The notes under the pieces: model-generated
What the model saw: only the letters and a program-made list of their open reading frames with translations
Database searches by the model: none
What the model was told of the DNA's origin: nothing
Made by a program: the position numbers and the translations under genes
Origin: a virus
Lineage: Duplodnaviria > Caudoviricetes
Virus record (IMG/VR): IMGVR_UViG_3300038393_001496
Coordinates: 1 to 44,276 of that record
Strand: one strand, 5' to 3'
Length of the DNA: 44,276 nucleotides
Shown: piece after piece, positions 25,990 through 35,081 of the stretch
Position numbering within the stretch: the stretch's first letter is position 1
How the letters are laid out: each line of letters starts with the position of its first letter

Positions 25990-27513
25990 TTATACGGTAG
26001 CGATCGCTTCCATTACAGTGTCGAAATCGCTTTTGATAAACGCAGTCTCGTTGTTCTTGTAGTGATAGATATGAAGCCTGGACTCACCAATGAACGTGTA
26101 CTGGTTCGTTTCAAAGTCAGACGTGATATTGGCGGCGGTAGAGCTGCCATTGATACCCTGGCCAAGGCGCAGGTTGAACGGCTTATAGACACGACGCTTT
26201 ACTTTACGCCAATCTCCGACGATGAATTCGCCGGCTGCGACGTTGTCTTCATCCGTTGTTTCGAGGACGGTAACGCCGGAGATTATTGTGCCGTCCTTCG
26301 CCACCCACGCCGGCATTACATAGTTCTTCATGTCGTCCTTGGTTGCTCCCATGGCATAAGCATCAGCACTATTCAGCACGACGACGTTCGGAATGAAACG
26401 TCCTTTGCTGGCGATTTTTACCGCATAGATCGCTGCGCGAACAGCATCCCAACGTGACGGGGCATCCGTCGTCGCAGCAAGGCCACCAGCGACGAACGCA
26501 GGCGCAAAGGCCGCTACGTGCGCGAATACCGCGGCCTGTTCGGCGATGTCGTGGGAGTAGCGCAGCTCGTTGTTGGCCTGGGCCTGCAGCCCGGGTACAT
26601 CGTCCAGCGCTTCTTCTGTGACCTTTGCCCGGCCGGCGATTTTGAACGCCGTCGAGAAGCGACGCTCGTTGGCCCAGGAGAGCAGCGGCTTCAGTGCGCC
26701 TTCCGCAGTAATGGCCATAGTACCCTGAGTCGGTGTCTTGTCCATGTATGGAAAAGCCGCCAGGTCGGTGCTTCCGTTGTCGAGGAACTGCGTGATGTAT
26801 GGAGCGATACGCACATCCGGCTCGGCCATGGCTTCAGCACCGTACAGATAGTTGGCGGGTACCGTGACACCGCCGGCATTGGCGTTGACATTGCCGCTGG
26901 TCATAGTAGCGGCAGTCTTATCCGTCTTATCGTTCGAGTCGAAAGTCTTATCGACGCTTACGAAGAACTGGCTGCCGCCGCCCTGCGCCTTGATCTTCTT
27001 TACCTCATCCACGAGGGCCTTTATGGCCTTTGCCTGGGCTTCCAATGGGTTGCGGGCTGCTGCCTGAACCGCTGTCTTTTCCAGGTTGGTCATTTTGGTC
27101 GCATACTCGCGCATGAGCTCATCCAGCGTCTTGTCTGCTTCGAACGTGCCGTCTTCTTTCTTGGCACCGGTGCCGGGCATCGTGATGGACTTAGCTGTGA
27201 GCGACAGCTTTTCGAGTATGTCATTGATGGCCTTCTTCGCCTCTTCTTCTGTGATGAGGCCCTTCCTGGATTCGTCGAATGCTTTCTGAATGCCGGCGGT
27301 CAATTCTGCTTCCAGGCCGTTGATCAGCTTTTCTTCACCTTCATCAAGGATGATGCCTTTGCGCTTCATGCCGGCAGCGATGCCGAGTGCCGGAATGGCG
27401 AAGTTTGCAAGCTTCACCGCGTGGCCTCGGCCAAACAGTGAAGCCGTAGTAATGGCCCCTGCCAGGACCAAGGCGCGCGTCCAGCGCGTGATTCTTAGTG
27501 TTGTCTTTTTCAT
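25990..27513 (-). CDS. Major capsid protein (HK97 fold) with N-terminal delta domain
   Basis: TAEGALKP, KIAGRAKVTEEALDD, FIVGDW, DFETNQYTFIGESR. Confidence 0.9.
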   Translation of the reverse strand: MKKTTLRITRWTRALVLAGAITTASLFGRGHAVKLANFAIPALGIAAGMKRKGIILDEGEEKLINGLEAELTAGIQKAFDESRKGLITEEEAKKAINDILEKLSLTAKSITMPGTGAKKEDGTFEADKTLDELMREYATKMTNLEKTAVQAAARNPLEAQAKAIKALVDEVKKIKAQGGGSQFFVSVDKTFDSNDKTDKTAATMTSGNVNANAGGVTVPANYLYGAEAMAEPDVRIAPYITQFLDNGSTDLAAFPYMDKTPTQGTMAITAEGALKPLLSWANERRFSTAFKIAGRAKVTEEALDDVPGLQAQANNELRYSHDIAEQAAVFAHVAAFAPAFVAGGLAATTDAPSRWDAVRAAIYAVKIASKGRFIPNVVVLNSADAYAMGATKDDMKNYVMPAWVAKDGTIISGVTVLETTDEDNVAAGEFIVGDWRKVKRRVYKPFNLRLGQGINGSSTAANITSDFETNQYTFIGESRLHIYHYKNNETAFIKSDFDTVMEAIATV

Positions 27514-27519
27514 GGTTGT

Positions 27520-28365
27520 TTACCTGATTCTTGCTCCTATCGAGGCGAATCGCCCCTTTTTTGCAGGCTGGGTGGATTGCTCCGGCGCAGCTTCTATTTG
27601 TTCAGAGGTGGTATTCTTACCGGCGTCTGAGTTTATTTCTATGGTTGGTGTGGCGCAGTTGCTGCCTAAGAGGACAGCACTGCCTTCAAGGACTTTTGCC
27701 TCGGTCACAGCCCAGAACATGCCGAGTTCATCTGCATCGTCCTGGTTAACTATCTGCGGGTAATACTTATCCCAATTCGCTTTCTCCTCCGCCCAATACT
27801 TCTCCTCTGAATTAACGCAGGTGAAGAGCCTGACATATTGCATGCCCACCGAATGATTCTTCACATACCCGTTACTGTATTGATCGAACATGAACGGGTT
27901 ACGCGGCTCCTTGATCGTAGAGTCGAATATGAGCGCCTGGGTGTTCCCGGGATAGTCGAGTCCGAGCGACTTCCAGCTGAGTGACTTGGTATAGCCGGTC
28001 ACCTCATCCGAAATCACTTTGTCGAACTGCATTTTATGCTCCTGCAGGTGATAAAGCAGCTTGGCTTCAGCCAGGCTCTTCTTCCAGATACCAGGAATGT
28101 GAACATCCATATGGTTATCCAGCAAGCCGGTAGTATTGATCACACACTTTGCGTACATGATCCCATTCACTGCCGGTGCCGCTGCTCCGCCCAGCTCCTT
28201 GATAATATCACCTTCACGATCAGCCTTGACGGCGGATGCAATGTTGACGCCAAAGACGGCATCCGCATGCTTCGGCGTCGCGCGCTTAGCTTGCAGCACA
28301 AGGTCCTTGTTGGCTTTCAGCCAAATAAGTCTTTCAGCCTTGGTCGTGAAGTGAGGAATGATCAT
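27520..28365 (-). CDS. Prohead maturation protease
   Basis: LDNHMDVH, LQEH, NHSVGMQY, EGSAVLLGSN..TP; between portal and MCP. Confidence 0.78.
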   Translation of the reverse strand: MIIPHFTTKAERLIWLKANKDLVLQAKRATPKHADAVFGVNIASAVKADREGDIIKELGGAAAPAVNGIMYAKCVINTTGLLDNHMDVHIPGIWKKSLAEAKLLYHLQEHKMQFDKVISDEVTGYTKSLSWKSLGLDYPGNTQALIFDSTIKEPRNPFMFDQYSNGYVKNHSVGMQYVRLFTCVNSEEKYWAEEKANWDKYYPQIVNQDDADELGMFWAVTEAKVLEGSAVLLGSNCATPTIEINSDAGKNTTSEQIEAAPEQSTQPAKKGRFASIGARIR

Positions 28366-28469
28366 TTGAGTACAGTTTGTTTTCCCTTGACGATCTTTCC
28401 ACGCTCTTTTATCGCGGCTTCGATCTCTTTGTTAGTTGGCTTGGGTTGCGGTTTGGGCTTCTTGTCCAT
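28362..28469 (-). CDS. 35-aa basic peptide
   Basis: MDKKPKPQPKPTNKEIEAAIKERGKIVKGKQTVLK; ATGA-coupled to the protease. Confidence 0.45.
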   Translation of the reverse strand: MDKKPKPQPKPTNKEIEAAIKERGKIVKGKQTVLK

Positions 28470-29814
28470 TGCTATTAACATTATTGGTGACGGCGCCCAA
28501 CTCCTCAGGAGTAAGCTCCCATTTGTATTTCTCGAACTCGGGCCGCGCCACTTCATCTTCTCCGATTGCTTCAAGCCACTGATTGCGCGTGATGATGCCG
28601 TTATTCCATGCTGTCTCGAGCCCGGTGTTCATAGCCTGCAGACCCAGTCCACGATCGCGCGCTGACATCTGCACACTTGCCACGCCCGAGTAATCCATGT
28701 ACGCCTCGCAATTCTGCGAATACATACCAAGGCCGCGGGAGAGCTGCTCGAAGAAGTCCATGCTCTCAGGATCTACGGTCGTATCCTGAAAATCCCGGCG
28801 CGCGTTACCGCTGTTATTGTATTTACCCTCATAACCCTCGGCAAGCATGGTGAACGGGAATCCGTACCGGTTGCATATTGCCTTTATGTTGGCGATATTC
28901 TCCGGATGCAGGCCCAGCTCATCCGTATTGAAAGTCATTGGCGTATACGCCAGGTTAGCATCGGTAAAAACTATTTTGTGCTGGCCACGCATGATGCCTC
29001 CATTGCGTCTGTTCCAGGCGGCCTGAAGCTTGATCTTCTCCGACTCCCTCATGGGAGCCACGCCGGCCGAGTCTTTCGCGCCGTTGGCGACTAAGCCGTT
29101 CGCGCCGCGGTCGGTGATCATTTCGCCGCGTGCCTGCAGAGCTGCGATCGTGTTGCTTACTTCTGCGTCCAGTACCGCCGCGCGGGATAGCGGCAGCCAG
29201 GTGCTCTCGTCAAAATCGGTGCATACAGAGTCCCTGATGATGATGAGTCTTTTCACATCCAGCTGCTCGCGGACTCCTGCAGCGGTGAAGTAGGCTGCCA
29301 GCGGCCGCTCATTGTAGCCGCCATTTCGAAATTCCCAACCTATCAGCCAGTTCGGCAAAACCCTGAGCGAGTACGGTCTATCGTTATATCCATCCGGGTA
29401 TGAAGGATCAATAACACAATAGCCGAATTGCTGCAGGTAGCTATATGCCTGGATAAAGAACTGGCGCCGTGTCTGAAGCGGATTGGGTTGCTGAAACAGG
29501 CGGTCCCATTCCTTGAACTGCCCGCGAACAGGCTTACCGGTGGCGGGATTCCATACCGTGACGGTGCCTTTTACGAAGGCGTAGGCCTTCTGAGATATGA
29601 TAGCTGGAAGCGGCGAACACAACTTGAACGCCTGTCGTAGCTCGGTGATGGTATTGAGACCGTAGCGGGTCGGACCATGGCTGTTCAGACCTATTAGCAG
29701 CTCATCCCACTGGCCTTCTGTGCGATCAGACGGCGGAACGGCGAGCGCCGTCATCCAGCTGTCGTCAGCAGGAAGTCCGAATAATGCCCGCGCCAGATTG
29801 CCGAAGTAGCTCAT
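28432..29814 (-). CDS. Portal protein (HK97 family)
   Basis: QPNPLQT..F, RGANGLV, ICNRYGFP, GIITRNQWLEAIG. Confidence 0.88.
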   Translation of the reverse strand: MSYFGNLARALFGLPADDSWMTALAVPPSDRTEGQWDELLIGLNSHGPTRYGLNTITELRQAFKLCSPLPAIISQKAYAFVKGTVTVWNPATGKPVRGQFKEWDRLFQQPNPLQTRRQFFIQAYSYLQQFGYCVIDPSYPDGYNDRPYSLRVLPNWLIGWEFRNGGYNERPLAAYFTAAGVREQLDVKRLIIIRDSVCTDFDESTWLPLSRAAVLDAEVSNTIAALQARGEMITDRGANGLVANGAKDSAGVAPMRESEKIKLQAAWNRRNGGIMRGQHKIVFTDANLAYTPMTFNTDELGLHPENIANIKAICNRYGFPFTMLAEGYEGKYNNSGNARRDFQDTTVDPESMDFFEQLSRGLGMYSQNCEAYMDYSGVASVQMSARDRGLGLQAMNTGLETAWNNGIITRNQWLEAIGEDEVARPEFEKYKWELTPEELGAVTNNVNSNGQEAQTATQAN

Positions 29815-29823
29815 ACCCTACTT

Positions 29824-29880
29824 CAAAAATCCCCCGGTGGCTGGAGTATCTGCGATCGGCTTAGCGACAGGTGTCGCTAA
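29824..29880 (-). promoter_or_regulatory. Late promoter 2
   Basis: TTAGCGACACCTGTCGCTA-N30-GATTTTTG upstream of portal. Confidence 0.75.
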
Positions 29881-29883
29881 ACT

Positions 29884-31185
29884 CTATAAGTAATAGCCGA
29901 TGGCCAGCGCGTAATACCTCAGGCAGTCCATGAAGTGGTTCCATTCGTCAACAGGACTATTGAGTAAATTGCCCGTCTTCTTGTCTTCCGCCCAGCGGTA
30001 CTTGCGATATTCCCGCCATGCATTTACGCTGTCTGAGGTAACAAGAACCTCGTGCTGCTTCACCAGCTGAATGCCGGTATCGATACTGTCCGGTCCTTTC
30101 CGCGCCAGGTTCACCGGGTAGCCGGCGACAAGAGCTAGTTTTAGCGATATGAGCGCCTGCTCGTCCATCCGATATTGGTCGAGGCCTGCCTTTTCCCGCA
30201 TCAGATTCAGCGCTCGTACCTTGGTTCTGATGTAGTCTATATCAAGCGACCAGCCGAGACGTAATTCACCGACGCTCTTCGGCTCAGCGCTGTCAGCCAC
30301 AATAATGCTGTCGTTGGTCGCACCCGCAAAAAACAGGCAAATGCCCAGATCTACGTTATCCAGGCCTTTCGCGTACAAATGCTCTTTGCCGTAGATCGTG
30401 CGGTTATGCCTCCGGAATTCGGCGATACAAGCCGGATCATTGGTATATCCGAAGTCAATCACGTAGGCATTAGACAGATCTGCCGGAAGCTCTTTGCATT
30501 CCTTCCAGTTCTTATAGATCTGCCCCTTGAGTACGCCGCGCTGGCCGAGGCCGTATACAATGTACCCTTCCGGATCATTGATACGCATCCATTCGAGCTC
30601 CGCAATCTGGCCCTTGGTGAGATGTGGATTATTCTCAAATGTGGTAGTGATGCTCGCGCAGTCGGCGCGTGTCAAGATGTTATCATATACCCAGGACTCC
30701 GGATAGGACGGGTTGTAGTCAATAATGATCTTGGCAGTAGTCCGCCATAGCAATTGCTTGACGATCTTCCATTCGAGTTCGGGGCCTTCATTCAAATAAA
30801 GCACATCACGCTTTCGGCCGCGAACCTTCTCGTCATCATCACTGCTGAAGTAGTCAACAAGATTGCCGTTGTGCCGGTACTCCTTGTCGGTGAGATTGTG
30901 ATTATTGATCGTGTACAGTCCAGCTTCCTTACCGATCTCTTCGAAGTCCTCCAGCACGGTGGCCTTGAGCGCCGGCAGCGTATCGCGTACAATGGAGTAT
31001 TTCACTCCTGAATACCGGTCCATCTGAGACCACATCCATTGCACTACCGCGAACGTCTTGCCCGACCTGGTACCGCCAGGCAGACAGAGTATGCGATAGT
31101 TGACTATCTCATTGCGTAGAAAAGTGAGATTGGGATTGTGGACGAGTCCGGGCTTAACATATTTAGCCGTGAGATCATTCATCAC
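29884..31185 (-). CDS. terL: Terminase large subunit (PBSX-type)
   Basis: Walker A GGTRSGKT, Walker B VLYLNE, DYNP, IDFG, DSAEP, NHFMDCLRY. Confidence 0.95.
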   Translation of the reverse strand: MMNDLTAKYVKPGLVHNPNLTFLRNEIVNYRILCLPGGTRSGKTFAVVQWMWSQMDRYSGVKYSIVRDTLPALKATVLEDFEEIGKEAGLYTINNHNLTDKEYRHNGNLVDYFSSDDDEKVRGRKRDVLYLNEGPELEWKIVKQLLWRTTAKIIIDYNPSYPESWVYDNILTRADCASITTTFENNPHLTKGQIAELEWMRINDPEGYIVYGLGQRGVLKGQIYKNWKECKELPADLSNAYVIDFGYTNDPACIAEFRRHNRTIYGKEHLYAKGLDNVDLGICLFFAGATNDSIIVADSAEPKSVGELRLGWSLDIDYIRTKVRALNLMREKAGLDQYRMDEQALISLKLALVAGYPVNLARKGPDSIDTGIQLVKQHEVLVTSDSVNAWREYRKYRWAEDKKTGNLLNSPVDEWNHFMDCLRYYALAIGYYL

Positions 31186-31681
31186 CTGCGGCTCCTTCCT
31201 CCGCTACCCCATCCTCGCCCTGAGCATACTTCATCCAGTCCGGCTTGTCGGGTGGGACAACTTCGTGTTGATGCCGGTCGGTAAGACCTAGCAGCCGGCT
31301 GATGATGTTGGCATTAAAAGCTCCGACAGACGCCCCTTCAACCTGCTGAGTACGTATAACTTCCTCTATAGCAGAGATGACAGATAAAAAATCTTTACGT
31401 TTTCCAGCCTCAGTACCTTTGAATGTGCGCCAATATGCTTCCGATGCTCCACAGTATACCATGAATCCGGATAGCGTGTAAGGTCGTTGTGTCGGCACGT
31501 TCATGGTCTTGCCGGCCATGTCGCCGCTCTTGATTGCTTCCTTCTTCTTCCATGGGTGTTTATCGCACCAGTCGAAGTATTCCTGGGCAGCTTCCCATAA
31601 CGCTACTGCATCGGCAAAGAGTGTGTCCCTGCCGTGCTTGCTTCTCAGCTTCCAGAATTGGTTTCCCTTCGGCGCTCCCAT
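31175..31681 (-). CDS. terS: Terminase small subunit (P22 gp3-like)
   Basis: MGAPKGNQFW..RSKHGR, LWEAAQEYFDW, GAFNANIISR.LGL. Confidence 0.9.
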   Translation of the reverse strand: MGAPKGNQFWKLRSKHGRDTLFADAVALWEAAQEYFDWCDKHPWKKKEAIKSGDMAGKTMNVPTQRPYTLSGFMVYCGASEAYWRTFKGTEAGKRKDFLSVISAIEEVIRTQQVEGASVGAFNANIISRLLGLTDRHQHEVVPPDKPDWMKYAQGEDGVAEEGAAGDE

Positions 31682-31691
31682 ATTATTATAA

Positions 31692-31745
31692 CGAAGGTGT
31701 GACGACTAATGAGACCGTATTTACTGAATTAGCGACAGATGTCAC
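31692..31745 (-). promoter_or_regulatory. Late promoter 1
   Basis: GTGACATCTGTCGCTA-N30-CACCTTCG upstream of terS. Confidence 0.65.
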
Positions 31746-31762
31746 AGATGGAGGGTCGCTAG

Positions 31763-32278
31763 TCATGGGGTGACTATACGAATATCTCCCTCCCAATCCC
31801 AGATGCCCAATTTCCCTTTGGCGGGAACAGGCTGTTCGAACATGACAGGATCCTCGAGCATCCAGCCGTAGCGGCCGGGTGAATAGTCGCCGAATGCCTT
31901 CTCGTGGGCTGTAATTTCGATCCATTCACCGCGCTTTTCTTCAACACCCTTTTGGGGCACGAAAAAGCATTCGATCGGATGCACAGCAGTCAGGTTGACT
32001 ATGCCGATGATAGCCCCGAAGGGCAGCCTCCGGAAATCTGTAGAATGCTCAACGGGCTCGGTGCTACCGACAATGAAACCGGAGCCATATTGAGGCATAA
32101 ATTGCTTGAACGGCTCAGAATCCGCGATGCGTGCGTTCCTACCGGGCCAGCTGGCACTAGCATGGATCAGTAGTGGCCCGCGATACTTTGTGTTCCAGGA
32201 TCTGGTCTCTACGATCTTATGCCCCATCACCACGAGCGACGCCCATGGTTGGAGTAGTGAAAGGACTTTATGTTTCAT
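31763..32278 (-). CDS. ASCH-domain protein
   Basis: LSLLQPWASLVVMGHKIVETRSWNTKYRGPLLIHAS...KGKLGIW. Confidence 0.92.
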   Translation of the reverse strand: MKHKVLSLLQPWASLVVMGHKIVETRSWNTKYRGPLLIHASASWPGRNARIADSEPFKQFMPQYGSGFIVGSTEPVEHSTDFRRLPFGAIIGIVNLTAVHPIECFFVPQKGVEEKRGEWIEITAHEKAFGDYSPGRYGWMLEDPVMFEQPVPAKGKLGIWDWEGDIRIVTP

Positions 32279-32290
32279 TAGATTTGAAGA

Positions 32291-32479
32291 ATGGAAAAGA
32301 TGATTATCAATTACAAGGTTGTGTGTGGCAGCGATTTGCCAGAATTGAACGAGAAAGTCGCGAAGATGCTGTCAGAGGGGTGGCAATTGTATATGGGTCC
32401 CGCCATATCACAGTGCTTGGGTCATGACCAATCAGTCGATTTTACTATTGTACAAGCCCTCGTCATGTATGACCGATAA
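32291..32479 (+). CDS. Antisense moron, DUF1737-like
   Basis: YKVV...LNEKVAKMLSEGWQLYMGP...QALV; TAGATTTG 4 nt before ATG. Confidence 0.78.
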   Translation: MEKMIINYKVVCGSDLPELNEKVAKMLSEGWQLYMGPAISQCLGHDQSVDFTIVQALVMYDR

Positions 32480-32485
32480 AAGCTG

Positions 32486-32755
32486 TCACACCTCGTACTT
32501 CTGAAATATCTTCTCCTGCGTTGATAGCTGTGCAGGATCTCGTTTGGGCGGCTGCGGTGCAGGCTGCGCATGCTGGGCTTTCTGTCGGGGCTTGCGGGGC
32601 GCCGGGGCCATCTTCAGGCCGCATTTAAAGCACGTGTGCTTAACGAGGTCGACAGAGCAGCCGATGCGTTCGGCCAGCTGATCTGCTGTATACTCCTGCG
32701 AATTGTTCCGCAGAAAGATCAGATCATCGATCGATATCTTTCGTGGTCTCGGCAT
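32486..32755 (-). CDS. HTH protein, candidate late activator
   Basis: YTADQLAERIGCSVDLVK; last HTH gene before the late operon. Confidence 0.6.
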   Translation of the reverse strand: MPRPRKISIDDLIFLRNNSQEYTADQLAERIGCSVDLVKHTCFKCGLKMAPAPRKPRQKAQHAQPAPQPPKRDPAQLSTQEKIFQKYEV

Positions 32756-32775
32756 TGTCGTACTACTTATTTGTT

Positions 32776-33201
32776 TTAGAATATCAGCGAGGTGTACCTG
32801 AAGCCCTGGAAGCCACGCATGAGAAAGTCGCCGGGCGCTTTTATTACAGGGCCTGTCAGCCTTATCCAGTTTTTGTTCGGGAATTCCGCGACAAAGCCAC
32901 TACGCTGGAAGGCCATCGACTCATTGCGCAAATAGTCCACGACGGACATGCGCACCTGCACCTTGCCTTTAAATACCAGGTACAAGTAGGGCACTTCAAT
33001 CTTCGGAATGCCGCTGATGGTCTGGTGCCATAGATAGTCCTCATCCTTGTCAACACGCTCCATCGCGCGCCAGAATGCCAGCTCACCATCATCGAAGTCT
33101 TTGAACCAAGCCTCCGGCAGTGTCACTGCAATGCCTTCCGGCATGTCCGTGACCGTTTCTCTTTTGGTGAAGGTTGAATCTTTGAATTCGTATAGCTTCA
33201 T
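32776..33201 (-). CDS. Hypothetical protein
   Basis: 141 aa; MRGFQGFRY end, possibly ASCH/PUA-like. Confidence 0.7.
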   Translation of the reverse strand: MKLYEFKDSTFTKRETVTDMPEGIAVTLPEAWFKDFDDGELAFWRAMERVDKDEDYLWHQTISGIPKIEVPYLYLVFKGKVQVRMSVVDYLRNESMAFQRSGFVAEFPNKNWIRLTGPVIKAPGDFLMRGFQGFRYTSLIF

Positions 33202-33216
33202 ATTGGCTAGTGCCGT

Positions 33217-33639
33217 TTATTCCTCGGCTGGATTTGGTGATTCGCTATTGCACCGGCTACACAGATCGTCTTCGATCCAATGGCAGGGATAGCCTGTGGC
33301 CTCGATGCACTGCCGGCAGTCCAGGTCAGTGCACCCGCATACACGGCACGCCCTTTCGCCGAGCTTCTGCATGTCTTGCACATTGTGGTAGACGATTCCA
33401 TCCTTGGTAAACTTGACCGCGTGAAGAATTTCGCCTTTGACTAGTCCATCGGCGCCAATAGTCTCATCATGCACCAACGCAACGGCTACTCCCTTGAGGC
33501 CAGTGATAAGATTTCCGGAGCGCGGAAATTCCCAGGTGGCCACGCGGTCGAGCTCCACCATGTTGATGTGCTTGCAGTCAGAAAGCGGCTTGCCTGTGAT
33601 GCAGCACTTGCCTTCCTTTAGAATTTGTTCTGATTTCAT
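33217..33639 (-). CDS. Hypothetical protein with C-terminal Cys cluster
   Basis: CRVCGCT..DC..C...PCHW...LCSRC. Confidence 0.72.
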   Translation of the reverse strand: MKSEQILKEGKCCITGKPLSDCKHINMVELDRVATWEFPRSGNLITGLKGVAVALVHDETIGADGLVKGEILHAVKFTKDGIVYHNVQDMQKLGERACRVCGCTDLDCRQCIEATGYPCHWIEDDLCSRCNSESPNPAEE

Positions 33640-34001
33640 ATGGTCTTGATATTTGTTTTTTCAGCTAACGTCCAGAGTTCCTGTGTAACGATTTTGAGTC
33701 TGTGAGCGAAGCCAAACCGATTCGTATAGTCAACCTCCTGTTTCGGTTCAGCCTTTTGTTTCAATGGACGGATCTCGAACATGAGTGTCCGGAATAGCGG
33801 GTGCTCAAGGATGAGCGGCCCACGCTTCAGATGGCCAGAGAACCAACACGGCGAGCGGACACGGACACCTTGCGGAGTGACGCAACGAATCGTCTTTCTC
33901 AAATCGGCGTAGCCTGAGCACACCAGGTAGATATAGTCGGAGGCCTCTTCAATGTAGAAGCGGTCTTTTGGCTTAGCTGCTTTGATGATAAACTGGTTCA
34001 T
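33636..34001 (-). CDS. Hypothetical protein
   Basis: ATGA-coupled ORF in the operon. Confidence 0.65.
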   Translation of the reverse strand: MNQFIIKAAKPKDRFYIEEASDYIYLVCSGYADLRKTIRCVTPQGVRVRSPCWFSGHLKRGPLILEHPLFRTLMFEIRPLKQKAEPKQEVDYTNRFGFAHRLKIVTQELWTLAEKTNIKTI

Positions 34002-34027
34002 TGATTACGGCCTCTGTTTCGATTGAT

Positions 34028-34516
34028 TTAGAATTTCCTGTATTCCCATTTCTTTTCCTTCCTATCCCATCTGACCGCGATGAATGGCCAAGGGAACTTC
34101 TCTGCTGCCGTGCGGATCTTCACGAGAGCATCATCTTCCCAGTGTCCTTTGACCTCATAGGCCACCAAGCGCCCGGACTTCTCCATTACCATGAAGTCTA
34201 TCCGGTAGTAGCAGTTCACTCCCAGGCGCAGGTTCATCGGTTCGAATTCCCACCAGAGCAGCTCGCCGGCCTTTAGCTGCAGATCGAGCAGCTGCGCGAA
34301 CTGAGCCTCCGTCTTATTCATTTTGGATTCTCTGACTGAGCCGATCGCCGAAACGTTCTCCTCGATTTGTGAATCGATTTTCTCATTTCTTGAAACATTT
34401 TGCGTGTTTCTGGCATTTTTTTGCGCAGAAATGGAAATTTTCTGCCCCATATTGGAAACATTCACCATTCCCGGTGGGAGCTTCTTCAGATCGTCGTCCG
34501 TCCAGCGCTTACTCAT
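34028..34516 (-). CDS. PD-(D/E)XK endonuclease (DUF1064/resolvase-like)
   Basis: MNKTEAQF, YRIDFMV, YEVKG. Confidence 0.78.
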   Translation of the reverse strand: MSKRWTDDDLKKLPPGMVNVSNMGQKISISAQKNARNTQNVSRNEKIDSQIEENVSAIGSVRESKMNKTEAQFAQLLDLQLKAGELLWWEFEPMNLRLGVNCYYRIDFMVMEKSGRLVAYEVKGHWEDDALVKIRTAAEKFPWPFIAVRWDRKEKKWEYRKF

Positions 34517-34896
34517 CTGTTCGCTTTACTGGGTATAACCAGGTTGAAGAAATAGTCCCCGGTGTAGCTGCCAACATATTGCCGTTCCATATCCCGCTTC
34601 ACCCATTCCAGTCCTCCGACAACCTGCTCCTCGTCCAGCTGCTGCACGAACACCTTACCGAGCAGATGCAATTCCAGCCTAAAGGGCGGCATCGGCTCAT
34701 GGGCCGATCGTTTCGGTGATTTCTTTACGCCGGCGATCTGCGCGATCGTCCGGACCTGCTTTACCGTCAGCCCCAGCCGCTTCGCTATCTCGAACGTGTC
34801 ACCAGTGGGGTAATGAAGCTTCACATGTTCCTCCTGGGCATGAGTGAACTTCTTGTCCATCAAGCGGCGCATGGAGTGTAGATGCACTTTGGTCAT
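34513..34896 (-). CDS. HTH protein
   Basis: FT..QE..VKLHYP..DTFEIAKRLGLTVKQVR.IA. Confidence 0.7.
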   Translation of the reverse strand: MTKVHLHSMRRLMDKKFTHAQEEHVKLHYPTGDTFEIAKRLGLTVKQVRTIAQIAGVKKSPKRSAHEPMPPFRLELHLLGKVFVQQLDEEQVVGGLEWVKRDMERQYVGSYTGDYFFNLVIPSKANR

Positions 34897-35081
34897 TGCC
34901 TACGCTTTTTGGTTTTTTTGGCTACATCCTTTCCCTGCAACCTGCCGCTGTTGTCCGGCTTCACTCCATACCTGGCACGCGCGAAGCGCACCTGCACACC
35001 GGTAGTATGCAGTTTGTAAGGCGTCCGGTCGGAAGCGTACCAGGCCAGGTCTTTATCAGGATTGAACATTTTTGGTTTCAT
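34893..35081 (-). CDS. Small basic hypothetical protein
   Basis: MKPKMFNPDK..., ATGA-coupled to the next gene. Confidence 0.5.
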   Translation of the reverse strand: MKPKMFNPDKDLAWYASDRTPYKLHTTGVQVRFARARYGVKPDNSGRLQGKDVAKKTKKRRQ

